From Chloroflexota bacterium (GTDB taxonomy: Bacteria > Chloroflexota > UBA11872 > VXOZ01), in the NCBI GenBank assembly GCA_963662335.2, contig CAXXVD010000003.1, forward strand, positions 492,675-556,674: a stretch of DNA of 64,000 bases. Reading direction: 5' to 3'. The notes beneath the pieces were generated by a model that ran no database searches, was not told the DNA's origin, and saw nothing but the letters and a program-made list of their open reading frames with translations. The first letter of the stretch is position 1. Every line of letters begins with the position of its first letter. Below, in pieces: positions 1 to 8,728 of this stretch. Position numbers and translations under genes: made by a program.

Positions 1-140
1 TGGATGCGCGCCCCAGCGAACTGAGCTTTGAGCAATGGCTGGGGGTTTTCCGATTTCACTCGATCCACCGCTAGCGGTGTGTCAACCGGCAAGCCGCTTC
101 AGAATCAAGAATCTTGGTGCTCGGATGGCGGACTAGAAAC

Positions 141-174
141 GGGGTAGGGGCACGGCATGCCGTGCCCCTACCCC
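141..174. repeat. 34-bp perfect palindrome GGGGTAGGGGCACGGCA/TGCCGTGCCCCTACCCC
   Basis: Arms are exact reverse complements. Lies just downstream of the 3' end of the SBP gene, next to an E-family repeat. Confidence 0.7.
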
Positions 175-180
175 TCTCTT

Positions 181-219
181 CGCCCTCACCCTAGCCCTCT
201 CCCAGCGGGAGAGGGAACC
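181..219. repeat. E-family repeat (CGCCCTCACCCTAGCCCTCTCCC..GGGAGAGGG)
   Basis: Same core recurs at 8017-8053, 49669-49701 (inverted) and 62271-62306 (inverted). Confidence 0.7.
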
Positions 220-293
220 GGAGAGCAACGGGAAGCGTCACGCCTCGCCAGGCTTGGCTTCCCTGGTTTCTTACCTGTCCGCTTGCCTCCGGG

Positions 294-1664
294 CTATGAC
301 GCATTCTCCTTTTCCCACGTGTCCAGTTCCACCTGCATGCCCTCCATGCCCATGTCGATGGCTTCCTCGGCGGTGATGTTGCCTTCATCCACGAACTGGA
401 TGATGCCCGCCGTGGCGGCCTGGTAGAGCGGGCTGGACGCCGGGTGCGGGAAGAAGCTGGTGGCGTAGCCGATAGCCTTCACGAAGGCGCTCATGTCCGC
501 CGGCCGGGGGTCGTCCGCCGGCGGCACAAAGGTATCGCCGGCCGAGAGCATCGCCGGCGCGGCCCAGCCTTCGCCGCCCATCCAGCGCTGGTGCTTCTCG
601 CCCATGGTCCAGAGCGCGAACGTCTGGGCGTCCGGGTTTTCGGCGCCGCCGGCCAGCACGCTCATTTGCTCGTGGCCGTTAAATGCGCCGCGCACCTTGG
701 TGCCGGTGATGGCGGTATAGGGCACTTCCACCGTGGAAAACGCGAACGGGTCCGCTTCCCGGAAGGGCTTCATGATGAAGGTGCCGCCGGGCACCATGGC
801 AAACTTGCCGTTGGGGAAGTTGGGATTGCCGTAGTAGTCCTCGGCCTCTTTCAGCGTGGCCCGGTCGGGAGCGGCGCGGAACTTCTCGATCGAGTCCTTC
901 AGGATCAACTGGGTGAGGTGAATGGCGATGTCGCGATTCACGTTCATGTTGCCGTCGGAATCCAACATGCCCGCGTAGAGGTACGGGAAGTAACTCCAGG
1001 CGTAGCTCATGGTGGAGATGCCCCAGCGGGTGCGCTCCTCGCCCTGGTTCAGGCGGCCGGCGATGTCGGCGGAAATCGCGATGGTCTCTTCCCACGACAT
1101 GTCGTTCGTGGGCGGATTCTGGCCGGCTTCATCGAACATGTCGCCCCGATAGAAGAAGGCGGTGGTGTTGGAGCCGGTCGGGAAGCCCATGGTCTTGCCG
1201 CGCCAGGTGACGGCGTCGAAGAGCCGCCCGGCGTACTCGGCCTGATTGATGCCGCCCGCGGCCATGATCGGCCCGGCGTCCAGCCACTGCTCCGCCAGAA
1301 TGTGCGGCGCGGACGAGGTGTTCGCGATGTCCGGAATCTCGCCGGCGGCCAGCAACGGCGGTAGGCTGCGCTTCCAGTGTTCCCACGTGATCTTCCACGT
1401 GACCTCGGGATGCTCTTCGCCAAAGAGCGCCATGGCGGTGTTCCAACGCAGTTGGCTGGTCTCGTCGCCCATCCAGACGGCCCAGACCGGCTTGTGCTCC
1501 ACTGCGGGCGCTTCCGCGGCCGCTTCCTTGGGCGCGGCTTCCGCTTGCTCGGCAGCCGGCGCGGCCGCGGTCTGCACCTGGCCGCACGCGGCGAGCAGCG
1601 CGGCGCCGGAAACGCCGAGCGCGCCGCCAAGCATCGTTCTGCGGGATAGTTTCGTTGTTGACAT
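294..1664 (-). CDS. ABC transporter substrate-binding protein (family-1 extracellular solute-binding, sugar type)
   Basis: 456-aa ORF. Tat/lipoprotein-like signal SRRTMLGGALGVSGAALLAACG followed by an Ala/Pro/Glu linker. Overall pattern of sugar-type SBPs. Confidence 0.85.
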   Translation of the reverse strand: MSTTKLSRRTMLGGALGVSGAALLAACGQVQTAAAPAAEQAEAAPKEAAAEAPAVEHKPVWAVWMGDETSQLRWNTAMALFGEEHPEVTWKITWEHWKRSLPPLLAAGEIPDIANTSSAPHILAEQWLDAGPIMAAGGINQAEYAGRLFDAVTWRGKTMGFPTGSNTTAFFYRGDMFDEAGQNPPTNDMSWEETIAISADIAGRLNQGEERTRWGISTMSYAWSYFPYLYAGMLDSDGNMNVNRDIAIHLTQLILKDSIEKFRAAPDRATLKEAEDYYGNPNFPNGKFAMVPGGTFIMKPFREADPFAFSTVEVPYTAITGTKVRGAFNGHEQMSVLAGGAENPDAQTFALWTMGEKHQRWMGGEGWAAPAMLSAGDTFVPPADDPRPADMSAFVKAIGYATSFFPHPASSPLYQAATAGIIQFVDEGNITAEEAIDMGMEGMQVELDTWEKENAS

Positions 1665-1964
1665 CGAATGTATCTCCTATCGCTGTACCACCGGAAACTT
1701 CCGACTGTCACAGGCCAACGCTTTGCTCTTGGCTACCCGCGCGCCGCGTACAAGTGACCGGCGCGCGCATGGCGGAGGGAGCATGGACCTGTGCCTGCGC
1801 TACAACCTCCTTTGCTCTGCGTTGCACGTGGGTATACGATATTCTGACAGAGAGTGCTTGTCAAGGATATCATTGCCACCGGCGCGTGCCGGGCGGCTCG
1901 TTCGGCGGCTGGCGCTGCGCTGATGTCGCGGAGAATTGGGATTCAATCCCGCCGGCCGGCAGGT

Positions 1965-2297
1965 CTAGTCGCCGGCGGCGCCTGCCTGTTCCTGCTGGGC
2001 GTTGTAGCGGGCTATGGCGTCTTCCAACCGGGACGAATTCGCTTTGGCCAACAGCCGGATGTCGGCCAAGAGTATGGGTGCGGACTCCGTGACCTTGCTC
2101 TCGGCCCGCCGTTTCAGCCTCTTTTGCCAGAAGAGCGACAACACCAGCGCCACGATTGCTACCGCCGCCAGGCCATAGGCCAGCCGGGCCGCGAGTTCGC
2201 TATCGGTGAGCGCGGCATCCGTGACCGAGGCCACGAAAACCAATGCGCACAGCCAGCTAAGGTTGACTACGCCGTCCCAAGAGCGCCAAAACCTCAT
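1965..2297 (-). CDS. small hypothetical membrane protein (110 aa)
   Basis: Internal ATG at 2297 preceded by AAGGAGG. Two hydrophobic helices. No family recognised. Confidence 0.5.
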   Translation of the reverse strand: MRFWRSWDGVVNLSWLCALVFVASVTDAALTDSELAARLAYGLAAVAIVALVLSLFWQKRLKRRAESKVTESAPILLADIRLLAKANSSRLEDAIARYNAQQEQAGAAGD

Positions 2298-2333
2298 TTT
2301 CAATCCTCCTTGGTGACAGTATCCAATGCACAC

Positions 2334-3167
2334 TCAAACGCCAAACAGCCGCTCGGCATTGCCCCGGCAGAGCGCCTGCTTCACGTCGTCCGGGGCCTCG
2401 GCGTGCTCGATGCTCAGCTTGGCCGACTCGGCGTAGTTGATGGGCAGGTTGGAGCCAAAGAGCAGATGCTCTGGCCCCATGAGCGCGCAGAGGTCGTCCA
2501 CGTCGCCGATCGGCCCCTGCACGCGGGAGTTCTCGAAATAGAGGTTGTCCTGGTGGTAGGCGTACGACCAGAGGCTCTGCACCTCGGAGAACGTGGCCCC
2601 GCAGATGAGGTAGCGGACGCCCGGAAAGCCGTTGACCGCCTCCGCCGCGTCGACCATGGTCACGGCGGGCACTTTCATCAGCCAGTGGGCAAAGCGGGGG
2701 TCTTCCACGCCAATGGAGATGAGCACCACCAGGCCGTGCTCCTCGGCCTTGCCCAGCAGCGCCTGCGCCTGGTCGTCCAGGAAGTGGTACTGCTGGTAAT
2801 TGGGATAGCCCCGCGCCTCGTTCATGCGCGGCACGTTGCCCTGTAGGCGGCTGTACTGATGGTAGTTCGGGTGCAGGCGCAGGTTCTTCATGCCGAAGTC
2901 GTTGAGGCAGATCTCCAGGTCGCGCTCCCAGCCGGGGAAGCCGGGATTGATGGTGTAGGCGGGTATGAAGCGGTCGGGATGCGCTTGCACAATGGCGTGT
3001 AGCTCTTGGTTGCCCACCAGCAGGTCTTTGTAGAAGACGTTTTCCAGGCGGGAGACCACGGCCTTTTCGATGCCGAGCGCGTCCATCTTGCGCAGGCGGT
3101 CGGCCGGCTGGGCGTACGGCAGGCGGCGAAACGGCCACTCGCCGAGAAAGGCGTTTGCGTCGATCAT
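2334..3167 (-). CDS. amidohydrolase_2-type TIM-barrel hydrolase (lactonase/decarboxylase family)
   Basis: 277-aa ORF resembling PF04909-type metal-dependent hydrolases. Sits in an operon with enolase-superfamily dehydratases. Confidence 0.7.
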   Translation of the reverse strand: MIDANAFLGEWPFRRLPYAQPADRLRKMDALGIEKAVVSRLENVFYKDLLVGNQELHAIVQAHPDRFIPAYTINPGFPGWERDLEICLNDFGMKNLRLHPNYHQYSRLQGNVPRMNEARGYPNYQQYHFLDDQAQALLGKAEEHGLVVLISIGVEDPRFAHWLMKVPAVTMVDAAEAVNGFPGVRYLICGATFSEVQSLWSYAYHQDNLYFENSRVQGPIGDVDDLCALMGPEHLLFGSNLPINYAESAKLSIEHAEAPDDVKQALCRGNAERLFGV

Positions 3168-3228
3168 CCGGGGGCTTTCCTATTGGCTAGTATTGACTCC
3201 GGCGCAATTCCGGTGCAGGCTCTTTCAT

Positions 3229-3330
3229 GTCATTCCGAGCGCAGCGAGGAATCTGGAGTCCACGCCGCGCGTAGTCCGACAGCCTATGGGCACTAGATTC
3301 CTCACTGCGCTGCGCTCCGTTCGGAATGAC
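3229..3330. repeat. A-family inverted-repeat element (GTCATTCCGAGCGCAGCGAGGAATCT ... AGATTCCTCACTGCGCTGCGCTCCGTTCGGAATGAC), 102 bp
   Basis: Near-identical termini to copies at 5455-5556 and 8380-8494. Lies between the two co-directional amidohydrolase genes. Confidence 0.85.
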
Positions 3331-3385
3331 ATGCATGCACACAAGGCCGGTAAGGCGGCGCTTGTGCGAATGGCCGATTGGCAAC

Positions 3386-4162
3386 TCAGATGCTAGCACT
3401 GTCCAGCTCCTGCTGCCGGTCGAAGACGCGCTGCGCGTTCGTAAAGAGTATCTGCTCCTTCTCCGCCGGCGTGAGGTCCGCGCCGAGAATCTTGGCCAGT
3501 TGCGAGGCAAACGACCGGCCGGAAGCGTCGCTGCCGTAGACCACGCGCTCCGCGCCGAGGTATTTCACCAGGATTTCGGTGTAGCCGTTGGTGGCCTCGT
3601 TGCCGCCCACGTCCATCAGGACGTTGTTCAGGCCCAGCGCGCACTTGGCGCCGACCTCGATGTCGCCGGTGGCGTGGCCGAAGAAGAACGTGACGTCCGG
3701 GTGCCGCAGCGCCATCTCGCGCATGTCCGGGCCGCTGGTCTCGGTGGGCAGGTTGCCGGTGCCTTCGGCGAACGTGTGCTGCAAGACCGGCAGCCGATGT
3801 TCGGCGCAGATATGCATTAGCCCGTCCACCTGCGGGTCGTTGCCGCGCACCGCTTCCCAGAGCTTGACCCCCTGGCGGCCGCGGTAGCCTTTCACCCGGC
3901 GTTCCAGTTCGTCGCAGGCGTACTGCCCGTGCACGGGATTGAGGTACCAGAAGGGAATCACCCGCCGGGGGTGCTGGCGCGCCAGTTCCAGGGTGCGGTC
4001 GTTGCAGGCCGTGACGAATTCACGAGATGGAAAGTTGGGCGAGGCGCTGCCTTCCAGGTTGATGCTGTTGGTGCAGAGCGTCATGTCCAGGCGCTCGGCC
4101 TGGGCCAGCGCCCGCGCCATCATCCCCACGCTGCGGTAGTGCACGTGCACGTCGTAGATCAT
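3386..4162 (-). CDS. amidohydrolase_2-type TIM-barrel hydrolase, second paralog
   Basis: Starts MIYDVHVHY (N-terminal HxH metal motif) after a GAGGGGGAAG RBS. An upstream GTG at 4192 is also possible. Confidence 0.7.
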   Translation of the reverse strand: MIYDVHVHYRSVGMMARALAQAERLDMTLCTNSINLEGSASPNFPSREFVTACNDRTLELARQHPRRVIPFWYLNPVHGQYACDELERRVKGYRGRQGVKLWEAVRGNDPQVDGLMHICAEHRLPVLQHTFAEGTGNLPTETSGPDMREMALRHPDVTFFFGHATGDIEVGAKCALGLNNVLMDVGGNEATNGYTEILVKYLGAERVVYGSDASGRSFASQLAKILGADLTPAEKEQILFTNAQRVFDRQQELDSASI

Positions 4163-4207
4163 CGCTTCCCCCTCGCCAACAGTGTACACCACGCCACGCG
4201 CCGGCGG

Positions 4208-5371
4208 TTATGCCGGATGCGGGCGGCTGAACGCGGCGTCGGGCGCGAGCGCAACGCCCCAGCCGGGCGCGTCGCTCAACTGCGCCTCGCCGTCTTGGGG
4301 CAGGGGTTCGCCTTTCAGAAAAGGATGAATGGGCGCGATTGCCGTGCCGTCGCCGCTGCCAAAGATGAATTCGGCCATAGGACAGACCCCGTGCGCCGCC
4401 ACGAAGTGGTAGGCCATCGCGCCGCCAATGTGGGGAATGACCTGCAGGCCGTGGGTTTCGGCCATGGCCGCCACGCGGCGCGCCACGGTGACGCCGCCGC
4501 ACCAGGCGAGATCGGGTTGCAACACGTCGGCGCAGCCCTGCTTGATGAGTTCGTGAAAGCCGTAGTGGGTGTATTCGTGCTCGCCGCAGGCGATGTTGAG
4601 CCAGGGCAGACGTTTGCGCAAGGCGGCGTAACCGTCGTAATCGTCCGGCAGCAGCGGCTCTTCCAGCCAGTAGACGTCGTACTGCCGCAGGCGTTCCGCC
4701 ATGGCGAGCGCGTACGGCACGTCCCAGCCCATCCAGGCGTCCACCATCAGCAGCATGTCCGGGCCGAGCGCATCGCGGGCAGCGGCGACTTGCGCCTCGT
4801 TGCGTCTCATGCCGTCGCGCCCATCGTGCGGGCCGTAGCGCATGAAGACCTTGTTGCGCGTAAAGCCCAGCGGCGGGTAGGCCTCGCTGCGGTTGCCGCT
4901 GGCGTAGAGGGGCACGCGCGGCGGCGCACCCTTGCCCGACCCGCGCGCGGCGCCGCCGAGCAGCGCGTAGACCGGTGCGCCGGCCGCCTGGCCTGCGATG
5001 TCCCAGAGCGCGTTGTCGATGGCGCTGAGCGCCATGATGGGCAGTCCCTTGCGCCCGTAGGGGAGCGTGGCGCGGAACATGAGGTCCCACAGCAGTTCCG
5101 TATCGCGCGGGTCCCGGCCGCGCAGCAGCGGTTTGAGGTGGCGTTCGATGATGTGGCAACTGGGCGCGCCGCCGCCGCCAATGCCGATTCCGCTAATGCC
5201 CTCGTCGGTAGTGACCCTGGCGATAGCGCGCGGTACCATGCCCTGCCACGAACTGCGGGTCTCGGCGTACTCCGGGTAGGCCGACATGGGGCTGGCCATG
5301 CGCTCCGCCACAAGCCAGCTAGGGCGCGTGGGCGCTTCCGGTATGAGGGCTTCGATTTCAACGATTTTCAT
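4208..5371 (-). CDS. enolase-superfamily acid-sugar dehydratase, L-rhamnonate dehydratase-like
   Basis: MKIVEIE start inside the 410-aa ORF. RhamD-like motifs LMVDAWMGWD, WLEEPL, GEHEYT (metal ligands) and VIPH (catalytic His region). Confidence 0.85.
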   Translation of the reverse strand: MKIVEIEALIPEAPTRPSWLVAERMASPMSAYPEYAETRSSWQGMVPRAIARVTTDEGISGIGIGGGGAPSCHIIERHLKPLLRGRDPRDTELLWDLMFRATLPYGRKGLPIMALSAIDNALWDIAGQAAGAPVYALLGGAARGSGKGAPPRVPLYASGNRSEAYPPLGFTRNKVFMRYGPHDGRDGMRRNEAQVAAARDALGPDMLLMVDAWMGWDVPYALAMAERLRQYDVYWLEEPLLPDDYDGYAALRKRLPWLNIACGEHEYTHYGFHELIKQGCADVLQPDLAWCGGVTVARRVAAMAETHGLQVIPHIGGAMAYHFVAAHGVCPMAEFIFGSGDGTAIAPIHPFLKGEPLPQDGEAQLSDAPGWGVALAPDAAFSRPHPA

Positions 5372-5454
5372 GGATACCACCAGTACTCGTGCAGGCCGCG
5401 CAAGGGGGCAAGAAGAAGAGCGCGGCTCGTTGACCGCCACTGGGACTAATTGCT

Positions 5455-5556
5455 GTCATTCCGAGCGCAGCGAGGAATCTAGGGTCCATACGGCACGTAG
5501 ATCTCCGCCAACGGCGCTGTAGATTCCTCACTGCGCTGCGCTCCGTTCGGAATGAC
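5455..5556. repeat. A-family inverted-repeat element, 102 bp
   Basis: Same termini as 3229-3330. Lies between the two co-directional dehydratase paralogs. Confidence 0.85.
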
Positions 5557-5645
5557 ATGACTACAGAGTCGATAGAGTCAATTGCGGGCAATATAGTCAA
5601 GCTCGGCCGACGGGCGGATAGTCCGGCATCGCCAAGAGCATTTGC

Positions 5646-6845
5646 CTACTCCCCCGTTCCCAGTCCCGCCGAGCCGGGCGCGGCGTCTTCCTTGCTTTCG
5701 TTTGTTGGATGCGGACGTTCCAGTTCGACCTCAGGCGCAAGGTCGTACCCCCAGCCGGGCGTTTCCGGCGGGCGCACCTGGCCGTTTTGCGGCAGCGGTT
5801 CGCCGCTGAAGAACGGCTGCACCGGCGCCAGTTCGCTGCCGTCGCCGGCGCGGAAGATGAACTCCACCAGCGGCGCGTTGCCGTGCGCGAGGCAAAAGTG
5901 GTAACTGGCGGTAGCGCCCACGTGGGGAATGACGTCGATGCCGTGGGGCTCGGCCATCTGCGCCGCGCGGTGGGCCTCGGTGATGCCGCCACACCAGGCG
6001 AGGTCGGGCTGCAAGATGTCGGCGCAGCCCCGTTGGATGAGCTCGTGGAACCCAAAGCGCGTGTACTCGTGCTCGCCGGTGGTGATGCGCGTCCAGGAGA
6101 TGCGGCGGCGCAGTTCCGCGTAACCCTCGTAGTCGTCGGGCGGCAGCGCTTCCTCGATCCAGTAGACGTCGTAGGGGCGCAGGCGCTCGGCCATGCGCAG
6201 GGTGTAGGGCACGTCCCAGGCCATGTAGCAATCGAGCATCAGCAGCATGTCGGGACCCAGCGCCTCCCGCGCGCCGGCCACGTGCTCTTCGTTCAGCTTC
6301 ATGCCCTCCACGCCGTCCCACGGGCCGTAGGGCATGGCGACCTTGTTGCCCACGAAACCCAGCGCCTCGTAGACCGCGGATTGGTTGCCGGTGGCGTAGA
6401 CCGGGATTGCGGGCTTGGTGGCGCCGCCCAGCAGTTTGTAGACGGGCTGGCCGGCGGCCTTGCCCTTGATGTCCCACAGGGCGTTGTCCACGCCGCTGAT
6501 CGCCATGAGCGGCAGCCCCTTGCGCCCGTAGGGCAGCGAGGCGCGGAACATCTGGTCCCAGAGGCGCTCCGTATCGCGGGGGTCCTGGCCGAGCAGCAGG
6601 CGCTTGAGGTGCTGCTCCACGATGAAGCAGGCCGGGTTGCCGCCGCCGCCCAGGCCGAGACCCTGCAGCCCGTCGTCGGTGGTGACGCGCACGATGATTG
6701 GCCCCAACGGCCCTTGCCACAACGCCCGCCGCGCGCCGTACTCGGCATAGCGCGACATGGGATTGGCCACCCGCACGTGGGAGAGCCAACTGGGCGGCTC
6801 TGGCGGCATGCGGGGAATGAAGGCTTGAACGTCGGTGATCTTCAC
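5646..6845 (-). CDS. enolase-superfamily acid-sugar dehydratase, L-rhamnonate dehydratase-like (paralog 2)
   Basis: 399 aa with GTG start. Motifs LMLDCYMAWD, WIEEAL, GEHEYT, VIPH. Collinear with the 4208-5371 product. Confidence 0.85.
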   Translation of the reverse strand: MKITDVQAFIPRMPPEPPSWLSHVRVANPMSRYAEYGARRALWQGPLGPIIVRVTTDDGLQGLGLGGGGNPACFIVEQHLKRLLLGQDPRDTERLWDQMFRASLPYGRKGLPLMAISGVDNALWDIKGKAAGQPVYKLLGGATKPAIPVYATGNQSAVYEALGFVGNKVAMPYGPWDGVEGMKLNEEHVAGAREALGPDMLLMLDCYMAWDVPYTLRMAERLRPYDVYWIEEALPPDDYEGYAELRRRISWTRITTGEHEYTRFGFHELIQRGCADILQPDLAWCGGITEAHRAAQMAEPHGIDVIPHVGATASYHFCLAHGNAPLVEFIFRAGDGSELAPVQPFFSGEPLPQNGQVRPPETPGWGYDLAPEVELERPHPTNESKEDAAPGSAGLGTGE

Positions 6846-7033
6846 GAGTTTGCCCCCTACTTTCGTCTCGTGCGCACGGCTTGGCGGTTCTACGTGTCCC
6901 CGGTAGTACCGTCTATGATAACCGGCAGGACGAGCGCGTGCCCACAGGGGGGCGCAAACGTGCTCTTTGGGTTAGGATTTGTACCAATTACCACGTTAGT
7001 TTCCGCAAATGTGTACAGGAGAGCAGGGAGAAC

Positions 7034-7573
7034 ATGCTCCTCTTGAAGCGCGCGCTTGTGCGTACGGCGCTCTTGATCCTCGGGTTGCATGCGCTTGGCT
7101 GCGGCGACCCCACCGCCGAATTGCTGGAAGGCATGGCGACGCGCGTCGCAGGTGAAGAAACGCCGCTGGCCTATGAAGCGGAGCTATGCGTCAACGATGC
7201 GCGCATTCGCGTGCTGGTGGCGGATACGCCGGCGGAGCGGGCCGCGGGGCTGAGCGGCTACGCCGGTTTGCCGGCGGACGCGGGGATGCTGTTCGTCTTA
7301 GCCGAACCGGCGCGGCCGTCGTTCTGGATGAAGGGCATGGCGTTTGCCATTGACATAATTTGGATACGCGACGGGACGGTAACGCAAATTCATGGCGCGA
7401 TTCCGCCTCCCGAAAGCGGCACGGCGGACGCCGACTTGCCCCGCTACGTGCCGGATGAACCGATCACCCATGTGCTGGAACTGCCGGCCGGCGCGGCGGC
7501 GCGCTACGGCATCACCGTCGGCGACCGCATTGCGCCGTGCGCAGGCGCAACGCCGGCGCCGGAAAGCAACTGA
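7034..7573 (+). CDS. DUF192 domain protein with N-terminal signal/TM segment
   Basis: ATG at 7034 after GGAG. Pattern AERAAGLSG..GMLFV..FWMKGM..IDIIWI typical of DUF192 (COG1430). Confidence 0.7.
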   Translation: MLLLKRALVRTALLILGLHALGCGDPTAELLEGMATRVAGEETPLAYEAELCVNDARIRVLVADTPAERAAGLSGYAGLPADAGMLFVLAEPARPSFWMKGMAFAIDIIWIRDGTVTQIHGAIPPPESGTADADLPRYVPDEPITHVLELPAGAAARYGITVGDRIAPCAGATPAPESN

Positions 7574-7577
7574 ACGG

Positions 7578-7598
7578 GCGCAGGTTGCAAACCTGCGC
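7578..7598. terminator. D-family hairpin GCGCAGGTT-GCA-AACCTGCGC between convergent genes
   Basis: 9-bp GC-rich stem 5 nt after the DUF192 stop, followed by TT. Also downstream of the convergent pduO-type gene. Confidence 0.4.
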
Positions 7599-7620
7599 TT
7601 CCGGAGAGGGGATGGCCGGG

Positions 7621-8253
7621 CTAATCCTGGTCGGCAAGGGCGTCTTTGGCGAGCACGTCCTTAGCGCCCGCTTGGTGGTTGGCGAGGCGGGCGAGGGTGA
7701 AGAGCAGGTCGGAGAGGCGGTTGAGGTAGACCAGGATGGGTTTGGCGATTTCCTCTTCTTGCGCGAGGGCCACGGCAATCCGTTCCGCGCGGCGGCAGAC
7801 GGCGCGGGCGAGGTGGAGCGCGGCGGCGGCGGGCGTGCCGCCGGGGAGGACGAAGTCCGTGAGCGGCGGGAGCTCCGCATCCGCTTTGTCGATGGCGCTT
7901 TCCAGATCCGCCGCGTGCTCCGGCGTGATGCGGGGCACGGTATATGCGCGCGGCTCCTGGGGTGTGGCGACGTCCGCGCCCATGATGAAGAGTTCGCCCT
8001 GGATGCGCTGGAGTAGCGCCCTCACCCTAGCCCTCTCCCCCAGGTGAGGAGGCAAGAGCTCGCCCGCCGTGGACTCAAGCTGCGTGCTGGGGTCGGTTTC
8101 CGTGTCAGGCAGGCGCACAAGTGCCAAGCCCAACGCGGCGCTCAATTCATCGATTGTGCCGATGAGTTCCATGCGCAGCGCGTGTTTGGGGACGCGCGCG
8201 CCGCCAAAGAGGGAGGTCTCGCCGTCGTCACCGCCGCCGGTGTAGATGGGCAT
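7621..8253 (-). CDS. pduO: ATP:cob(I)alamin adenosyltransferase, PduO type
   Basis: MPIYTGGGDDGETSLFGG..RVPK N-terminus and C-terminal RAVCRRAER..YLNRLSDLLF pattern. Carries an extra loop encoded by an E-family repeat. Confidence 0.85.
   Translation of the reverse strand: MPIYTGGGDDGETSLFGGARVPKHALRMELIGTIDELSAALGLALVRLPDTETDPSTQLESTAGELLPPHLGERARVRALLQRIQGELFIMGADVATPQEPRAYTVPRITPEHAADLESAIDKADAELPPLTDFVLPGGTPAAAALHLARAVCRRAERIAVALAQEEEIAKPILVYLNRLSDLLFTLARLANHQAGAKDVLAKDALADQD
8017..8053. repeat. E-family repeat copy located inside the pduO-type CDS
   Basis: CGCCCTCACCCTAGCCCTCTCCCCCAGGTGAGGAGGC. On the coding strand it reads in frame as ..LLPPHLGERARVRA.. Confidence 0.75.
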
Positions 8254-8379
8254 GTAAAGCCTCTATCTGGTATGGGTTGCCTTTGGGTCTAAATGCGGAA
8301 TTGCAGATGTCTACAAAATCGTTGACATACTTAGCGCTTAGAGCAGGAGGGTCGTTTACCGCGCGCGCCTGATGCACAT

Positions 8380-8494
8380 GTCATTCCGAACGAAGCGTAG
8401 CGGAGTGAGGAATCTAGAGTGCCGAGCCTACTGATCTGCCTGTAGCATGGCCCTAGATTCCGCGAACACTGTTCGACGCTGCGCTCGGAATGAC
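8380..8494. repeat. A-family inverted-repeat element (diverged copy, 115 bp)
   Basis: GTCATTCCGAACGAAGCGTAGCGGAGTGAGGAATCT ... AGATTCC..GCTGCGCTCGGAATGAC. Lies between the pduO-type and aldolase genes. Confidence 0.75.
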
Positions 8495-8728
8495 AGAGAA
8501 TGGTGACACCCTCTCTAATAGGAAGCGGATTCTGTCAACGAATTGCCTGGCGCGCCCAATTCCACTCGCTCTTTGGAACCGTGCAAGCAGCCATGCCAGT
8601 CAGGCCACTGGATTCCGGCTTTCGCCGGAATGACGGTCTGTTCTTGCCGGCCGGAACCACCTTGCCGAAGCAAACTTTCAAAGAGTGGCGAGTGTAGCGC
8701 AGTCGGATGCTAAACGCATGGGAAAGCG

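Noticed and set aside
3929-7046. Long plus-strand ORFs 3929-5449 and 5709-7046
   Set aside because: They are antisense to the two RhamD-like dehydratase genes and are high-GC artefacts.
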